Assembly: GCF_009914755.1 (NCBI RefSeq)
Contig: NC_060925.1
Source of the DNA: the human T2T-CHM13v2.0 reference genome, Homo sapiens
Length of the DNA: 64,000 nt
Direction: 5' to 3' (one strand)
The notes under the pieces are model-generated. The model did not search any database, had not been told where the DNA came from, and worked only from the letters and a program-made list of their open reading frames with translations. Shown one piece after another: positions 56,340 to 64,000 of the stretch. Both the position numbers and the translations under genes were made by a program. Position 1 is the first letter of the stretch. Each line of letters opens with the position of its first letter.

Positions 56340-56700
56340 GGAATTTGGTAGAGTTGCTCCACATGCCCCTGAGGAAGTTCCCAGCAGAATCTGGCTCATG
56401 GCTGCCTCCTCCTGTTAGCTATCTGCTTACTCCTTAACCTCTAAATTTTTACTGACTCACTTTTGGTGATTTCAACCCTGACTACCCTAAGAATTATATC
56501 CTTGTACCCTGGGCACACCTGACCCCTTTATTTTGGTCCCTTTTTATAGTATGATCGTTTTCACATAGACTAGTGAATTTGCTTACATTCATGCTACATT
56601 GGAATAAGTTTCTTGATAGCAAGAATATTTCTCTTGCATTCATCAAGTATCACCAGAGCCTACAATGGAGTCTGAAGTATAGTAGGCCCCATTAGTTGGT
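56340..56700 (+). mobile_element. L2 3' fragment
   Basis: CATGGCTGCCTCCTCC...CCCTGACTACCCTA...TAAGTTTCTTGATAGCAAG...CCAGAGCCTACAATG. Confidence 0.6.
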
Positions 56701-58166
56701 TATCTTCTTCTTATACAACAGGACCTGGCAATTAGAAAAAATATGGCATGTAGAAAAGAGCCTATAATGGGCAGAAAATATTTGAATACTGTATAGGGCT
56801 TGGCTAGTACCTGTTCACTGATCTACAAATTGTCAAAGAGGATTAGGAGACTTAATGACAAATTTTATCTTTTCTGGTTGTTACCACTTGCAATTCTAAA
56901 CACACACATCCTTCTAATACGAGGATCATGGTTCAACCTCAAACTTTTTACTGAAATCAGAACTATTGATTGCAAGGCAAACTTTTCAGTGGCCATGACT
57001 TATAAGAGGTTTATCATAGCCAAGTGTCACTTTAGTTTTTAACTGAGTGATACTCTAGAATGAAAAGTAGGTCAAGCATACAATTGAGAGACATGAGAAG
57101 GCAGAAGGCAGCCTGGGAAAGGTCTATGCAGGTGACATTTCTGAAAGATTCTAAGTATTCCAGACGGTCACATTCAATTATTGTTAGACCATATGAATTG
57201 ACTGGCTCCTAATGGCATTTTCAATGGAGAGTAAAGCATTTAGTCCTGAGGAGGCTGAAGCCTCAGTATATCCCCCCAATAACTATACTCTGAGCAGCTT
57301 CATTATCTGTAGCTAAACACACCCACATATTCAGTCATCCTTTATATACACGCCAAGAGTCTATATCCCACGCACCCAAACTTGAGGGCTGATACTCTAA
57401 CGATTTCTAATACCCAGCTTTCGGTATAATATTCCAGCTTTGGGCATTCTCCTTTTAACATCACTACTCACGGTAGACAACCGCTTATACTAGTCAGTCA
57501 CAATACTACAGGGTACACTTTTGCCAAGTTATGGCTGCCTTCTTGTGTAGTTGAAGCCTAACTACTATAAGGCCTTAGCACTGACTTTCCCTGGATGCCA
57601 TCAGGCTCGGGATGGATGTAGGTTGTATTATTCTGGGCCATTGGTAGGATGCCTAGGATATCTTTCTCTAAGCAGCCCCAAAGAACAGAGTAACTCGGTC
57701 TTACCTACAGATAAGAAACTGGCTGTACCAGACACAAAAATGCACTGTCCAGATCCCCTCCCTCGAGGAAACTTTCTTCCAGCTAGAGAGGGTAGAAGAC
57801 AGACTTCAGCTGTCAGCTCCTTTTAGGGTCCAACTCAGCTTCAGAGAACTGTTCCACCTGAGGTCAAACTCTTTCAGAATCAGCCTGCTTCTATAGCCTA
57901 AGCCAAGGACTTTATAAAAGCTTGGCTCTTTCAATCCAATGAAGGATAACATGAACAGAATTTTTGACTAACTGGTCCTCCTCCCTCAGGTTGGCTTTGT
58001 TGGGGATAAACTCCACATTCAGTTTAGAAGTTTCTTTGGTCATTCTAGACCTGTGCGAAGAAATCATGTCATCTGGTTGCTTTGCTCAATTTAACACACT
58101 CAGTTATTAACAAACCAGCATCAGAATGATCGTGGCATGTCCTCCATAATTCAGCTGTTGGCTGCT

Positions 58167-58515
58167 CATGTGGCAGCCACGGTGGTACACTCCTCAGAGC
58201 TCCCCTCAAGACAGAGCTGACCCCTAGCTGCAAGCTCTGATCTGCTGCAGTGTTCCAACTGAGGCCATGCTCCTCCCAGAAGCTCCTATCCAATAACTGA
58301 GCACGGCCTGGAAATCAGGGCCTGGCCATTTCCACTCAAATATTCTTCTGTGAGCAATCTTTCTGCTGGAGCTTCTTGTTGGGCTGCCTGCAGCTCCTTC
58401 AGTAGGTGCCAAACCTACATAGACATCCACATGCTTTCCCTGCCTAATCCTACACCTTCCGCCTTTACCATTCATAGCTGTTAACCTAAGAAACATTTTG
58501 TACTAACTCCGTCTA
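58167..58515 (+). mobile_element. LTR40-like ERVL LTR
   Basis: TGTGGCAGCCACGG...CTGAGGCCATGCTCCTCCCAG...CCAATAACTGAGCACGGC...GGGCCTGGCCATTTC. Confidence 0.6.
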
Positions 58516-60039
58516 GGGTCTAGTGCAGATTTATAAACCAAACTTCAGAGCTGGTGAAAGAATTTTCAAATTTCTTCATGTGTTTTCTTGGAGGTCCCGA
58601 CTGAGCATTCTACCTCTGAACTTTATCAACCCCAGTGAAGACCCGAAAGATGCTTTAACCCAACCAATGTTGTATTGGCTCCCACAGAAAGTAAAATCAG
58701 AGTCATGTGGCAATACTAGCTTTAAACCTGGTTGAAAAGAGTCATTTCAAGATAGGCCCCAAGGAACAGGAGACTGGATAAAAGTAGCCCTTCTGAACTA
58801 CCATAGGCAAAAGAAGCTTCCCTCTGACAGAAGTGTGCTGTTTTCCAGTTCTGCATAGCCAGTCTCAACTTCTGTCAGGACTTATTGTGGTTATATATAA
58901 GTTGGAAGTGATTCTAGATTGGATTTTGGGTATTTCCCAGTTATTAACCTTAACAGATCAAGGTATCAGAACTACAGGACTAAGTGAGAGCTCTTAGCTG
59001 ATTCTGAGCAATATTTACCTACAGCAAGTTATTTTTCTTTCAATGGTCCATAGAATTCTAGAATAAGACATAGCCACCTCCACTCTGAAAACACAAGGCT
59101 TGGGTCACTGTTAGTTGATGTCCTGTATTGAGGGAGAAAGGGTGAAGGAACCAAAATCTTAGTTTGCAACATGTGATCTAATTTTACAACATAACTTGGG
59201 GAGGAAAGCATTCTTAGTTTTACCAGGTACCTCAAAATTCAAGTAGTGGTTTATATGTAAATGATATCACCTTTTCATTTGTTATAAGAATTGCTGCCAG
59301 ACAGCTTTAGGGTTGATTGGTTTTTGTTCCTCCACTCTTGCCTTGCCCTGCGCAAAGACAGTCACCAATGTAGATTTCAGAGGTTCAGGATTCCCATGTG
59401 ACTCCTATTACATGTGCTTAACTAACTGGCATGAGCTATACTGGGGGAACATGCCAACTCAGGCTGATCCTACAGTACTAAAGCCATCTCCAACCCACCA
59501 CATGCCAACATGTACCATGATATGTATTGTGCTAAGTCTTTATGAGATAAAGCAGGCATGTCAGGTGTGAAGCAGGCTTTGGCAAACAATGTAGAAGACA
59601 TCATGGAAAGTAGAGCCATAGAGGGAAGAGATAAGAAAATCCTTTGTATATGATGAAAACAGTGGAGAACAAAAGCATAGGAGAGAACTTCATGGTATCA
59701 AAGTCAAGTCTTCGCTTTTGCTGAATACAACACTTGGGGATGAGAAGTGTCAAAATTTGAGCATGTCAAACATTCAGGCAGGTGGGTTATAGGATTCTTT
59801 GAAACTAATTTCCATGGGATATAAAAAACATCAGATACAATGTATATTAAAGGTAAGACAATTGGAAAAGCAGGTTGCAGAAAAAGCAGATGAGCTTTTT
59901 AAAGCATTATTTGCAGTCCATTCATACGGTTATCTTGAAGAGGATCAAAATATATGCTTGAAAATTTTACTTAACTTTGTGAGACTTGTAATATCAGAAA
60001 GTAGTGTGTACCTAGTTGGATATTTTCTCCTTTCTCCTT

Positions 60040-60390
60040 TGTATTCTGCTTTCTGTTCTCAGGAGGCAAACATGCATAAGAGATGTTACAGGACTACTGA
60101 GATGTCTGGATTGGGCCAAATGGGAGTCTCAGTAAGACAGTAGAGAAGGGAATTTCAGGGCAACCCTTCCTTTTGCTTCCTCTAGTGAGCTCTGTCTATT
60201 AACAGAGGGTCACTTTCTCACAAGGTAGCCTACTCCTGCCTTCTAGATTCTAGCATGCAATGCTTTCTCCTCTTTGAGTTTTGGGTGATGATGCTTTTGT
60301 TGCTACTAGCTCTGGGTTGTTATATTGTTTGCAATTTTGCCCATTTGTAGGAAAATCGTCATTGAATTATCTTAATTTGAGTGTGGTGCT
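60040..60390 (+). mobile_element. LTR33-like ERVL LTR fragment
   Basis: GGATTGGGCCAAATGGGAG...TTGCTACTAGCTCTGGGTTG...TTAATTTGAGTGTG. Confidence 0.5.
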
Positions 60391-62639
60391 TGAATTTTTT
60401 TTTCTCTAACAGTGCCAGGCACAGATAATGCCATCAGCTACCCTGTAGTGTAGAGGTAACTATCATTAAAGCATTTTTCAATCCCCTGTATGTTCTTCCA
60501 TGCTTCTTTTGACTCAGTCTTTCTATTAGTATAGTTAGTAGTAAGGCCAAGAGAGCAGTATCACTGGGAAACAGGTTTGGGTTAAATACATACTGGATAA
60601 AAAAATATCACTTAAAGATGCTGAGAATTGACCAGAGATACGGCAAGATCCAGACAGTTTGGTTTCTGTATATAGAAGGATTTTAATTTCAGTATTTAAT
60701 CTGTTATAGAGTTATGACTATTTTGAAAGGCACTAGTAAACATTTGATGTTCTTTTATTCTATAATCAGCACTATGATATTAAAGTTTCTAATATTCCTT
60801 CTCAATTAAAAAAACTTAAATATACTTAGAACCATCATTTAATAGTTTGTAAAGCAGGACTGTCTGGGGGATAGTTAGGCTTGTTGCAGCTCTTTTTCCA
60901 GATCCTTCTCATGCATAACTTCCTTACTAGTTTGATCCCGTATTTCTACCCATAAAAATGTTAAAGGAGTAGTTCTTGAGTACGTAAGAGACTGAAACAT
61001 AGAATCAAGCTCTCAGAAGTCTTTCAGCATGACATTTACCAATGATTTCTAAACTACTTGACCAGCTTGTTATTGTAGCACATGCTTGACTAGATCTTGG
61101 TATTAAGTAAACCTGATATACAATTTAGGTGCCAGGCTTCATACAACTCAGACTCACACAGGAGTGGAATCCAGGATACATACAACCCTGTACATGTAGC
61201 ATTCTTGGAGTTGTAGAGGTAACACCTCCACCGAGCCCTTCTTATTGGGGAAAAAGCCATGAATACTTTTTACAACAGAAAAATGCAGATTTTCAAGGCT
61301 TAAAACTTAATCATTCTCATTGTTCTCCAAGCCAGAGGTCAGAGACAAGCAGCTCAGAAGCGAAGATTAGGGCCCTCAAAAAGGATGGCTAAAGAACGAA
61401 TCTCTAAGGATCTTACAAAGTGCCCTCCCCAAAGGGCAGTCAGAAGGTCTATGCTGTGGCTCAACTTGGTCCACTGCCAAGTCTGCAGCTCTTTTCCTTA
61501 AGGGTCAAAAACACACCAAAAGAGCCAATGCTCAAGTAATTAAAGGGTTTACTCAACTCAGATGCAGAGGGAAGGGAGGCTGCAGTGGAAAAGGGGCACC
61601 ATTGGCAAGAGGGTTCTCTGACAATGGTGGATAGACAGAGCGCCTAGTCCCAGGGATGGAAGATAGATATCCCCTTCTCCCACAAGCAGGATATTCTGAT
61701 AGTGTCAGAAGTAGACTAATGTCCCAGTTAGGAGGGCAAGAGAAGAGGGATATCAGAGGTTACCTTCTTTTGTAGCAATTTAGCAAAGTATTTTGCTGTG
61801 AGTGACTTATTCCTTCCAACTTCTTCTGCAAGCTCACTCACTTTCACAGCAGAGTAGGTTCCATGAACATGGGGCAGAAGCAACTTAAGGTGGTAAAACA
61901 GACAAGACAGAAATTACCAGCTTAAGACGCTGGTAAAAGAATAAGTCATCTAGGAAAGGCCTAGGACAAGCAACATTGAAGTCCTCAGGAGTAAAATGTG
62001 AGACTCACCCTGTATAGGGCTAGGGTTCAGCGTGGCCATGCCATCCTAGGAGGGGAGCAACAGCCAGTTGCCAGGATGAGCTGATCTTCTCCCTAATCCC
62101 ATGAGCTAGGAGTCTGAGTTCTGAAGGCATGCTTGACTGCAGGCTGTGCTTGCATTCCTGAAAATGCTGTTGTACTCAGAGGAGCTGCTTTTCAGAGATA
62201 TAAAAGCTTAGTCTTGCCATGTTGACCATGTAGTTCAGGCTCCAAATGTTGCAAAAAACAATTGATATTTACCTGGAACCCTTAGCTGTTTTATGATGAC
62301 AGTTTTCAGTCTCAAGGACTCCTAGGTTGCCAAGAGCTAGAAAAGACACTGCAAGAGGTATTTAATCTTGTGGGAGATGTTAGTAGTTTCTACTTTATTG
62401 GCTGATGAACAAGAATGTGTGGCTAAGTCAGGATTTAAGAAATAAGCAAGTCAACTGTATGGAAATTGCTATTTGTTAAGTAATGAGAAAAATTCTTCAG
62501 AGACTAGATGAGTTAAGTAGAAGGTGCATTTCAAAAATGAAGGAGGTCAGTTTGCCTCAGACCAGGAATTTCGAAGAATTGCCACAGAGCGGTTGAAGTC
62601 TATACTTATTTTCTGTGTATTTTATCTCCTAATAAACTG

Positions 62640-63310
62640 TAGAAGAGGGTCATCCATAGAGTGGCTTACAGCTACTTACTACAGTGATATCTCCCGGGTC
62701 TTTTGTTCCAATACCCACTGGAAGCTATTTTTTTCTAAGGTATATAATTCTGTCACAGAAGGCATGCCCTTGCTATAACACAGATCTATATTGGGAATTA
62801 GAATACAGCATAAGCTGTGCATGACACCTTCATCATAGGCACTTCTACCACCATGGGATATGCTAGGTCGTATGGCCCAAGTAGCAGGGCCCTTTCCAAC
62901 TCTGGGTATAAAGCTGGCAGCCTCTCGTGTCATCTGGTACATAAGTCAGAACATTACTCCCAAAGGTGGCATATGCTGCCTCCGGAACCTGAAGAGACAT
63001 ATTAGCTGTCATGCTTCCAGAGTAAAGGATGTGTCCTTTACTCTGGTGTATGTCCTGGTATGCCCCACAACTCTTGGACTCCTAAAATTTTTCTAAAGTG
63101 ACAGCCCATGAGTCTGTGGATTTTGACTCTCCCCCTCTGGAGTACCTATGATATACTTGCTACTTCTTGTTCATCTGGGCCAGTTATATGATATCATTGG
63201 TATAAATAACCAATATGCTGTTCTGCAAAGGGTTCAGATGTACCAGTTGCCTTTAGACAACACTTTGAAGGTATAACAGTGAACATAGCCCTTAGACAAT
63301 AGCATACATA
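62640..63310 (-). mobile_element. ERVL-class pol (RT/tether) fragment
   Basis: Reverse ORF 62679..62942 (YQMTREAASF...). GGTCGTATGGCCCAAGTAGCAG encodes LLLGPYD. ATATGATATCATTGGTATA is YxDD-like. Homologous to ~51570-52210. Confidence 0.82.
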
Positions 63311-64000
63311 TATGCAGGAAAACTCACTATAGATGCAAATTCCAGGCCTCCATGCCTTCACTTGCAGGGCACGGCCCTCTCCTGTGACAGACTCACTTAA
63401 CTAGCAAGTAATGTCCTGGATATTTGCTTTTCTCTGGTGGCAAGTTCAAGATTGTGCTATTCATAGGGGCAGTGGTAGCCATTAGTTTTTTTTACCATTA
63501 ACTTATGTGCAAGCTTTAAGAATCTTTCAGGTAGCAATCAAACACATAAGCCAATATATACTTGTGCCATGTGATTTTTTTGAATTGAAACTTAGGAAGC
63601 ATAAGGCTTCTCATTAGTGATTCTTAGAGCAAGTGTGCCTAAAGTTCTTACATAGGACTTGGATTAACATCCTTTGCCAGCCACTGATTCTATGATCTGA
63701 GTGACTGACTGCCAAATATTATGCTTCTTAGGTTAAAGCCATTGTCTTCCTTCTGGCAGGGGTTGGGGAAGACAAATTAGCCAGCAGGACCCTGAAGACT
63801 TAGATCAAGAAAAGTATTGAACTGAGGGATACAGGTGTCCCAGCAAGACAGACAGGACCCACATGAAGTGCTTCCAGCCACATATGCAGGCTTTGTGTGC
63901 CTATTTCAGTCAGACGTTGGAGTCCTATTTGTATGCCCACCTGGGATGAACTCTGACAGATGTTTACAACTGCCTATTCTCTGCCTACTCAGCCAGCTAT

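Noticed and set aside
59799-60143. 114-aa ORF with a helical-looking stretch and AAG/GTAAGA donor-like site at ~59852
   Set aside because: Non-ATG start, runs into an LTR33-like fragment, no family recognised, no supported exon chain

Overview
This is primate genomic DNA, most likely human or great ape given an Alu carrying all five AluYa5 diagnostic positions. It is non-coding and made up mostly of interspersed repeats. I see no protein-coding gene, RNA gene, CpG island or CRISPR array. The longer ORFs fall in a GC-rich LTR, Alus, or decayed L1/ERVL, and the remaining short ORFs look like chance. Contents: (1) several old L1s, including two near-full-length internally deleted copies and one 5'-inverted (twin-primed) L1PA16-like copy nested in the 3' UTR of an older L1; (2) 11 Alus plus a FAM monomer; (3) solo LTRs (MER52, THE1, MER57, MST); (4) a dense set of class III ERVL remnants (LTR16/LTR33/LTR40-like LTRs and gag/pol/integrase fragments), including one two-LTR internally deleted provirus; (5) L2, MIR, L3/CR1 and DNA transposons (MER8, MER20, MER5, MER53, MER102, Ricksha). 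Family names come from my recollection of consensus sequences, not a database search. Boundaries are exact only where TSDs are quoted and otherwise approximate (tens of bp). I found no evidence for a new biological system. The most unusual signals are structural: an ancient L3/CR1 piece plus a displaced RT duplicate inside a younger ERVL pol, two ERVL pol fragments 11 kb apart sharing a deletion, and an AluY flanked by an inverted copy of its target site.
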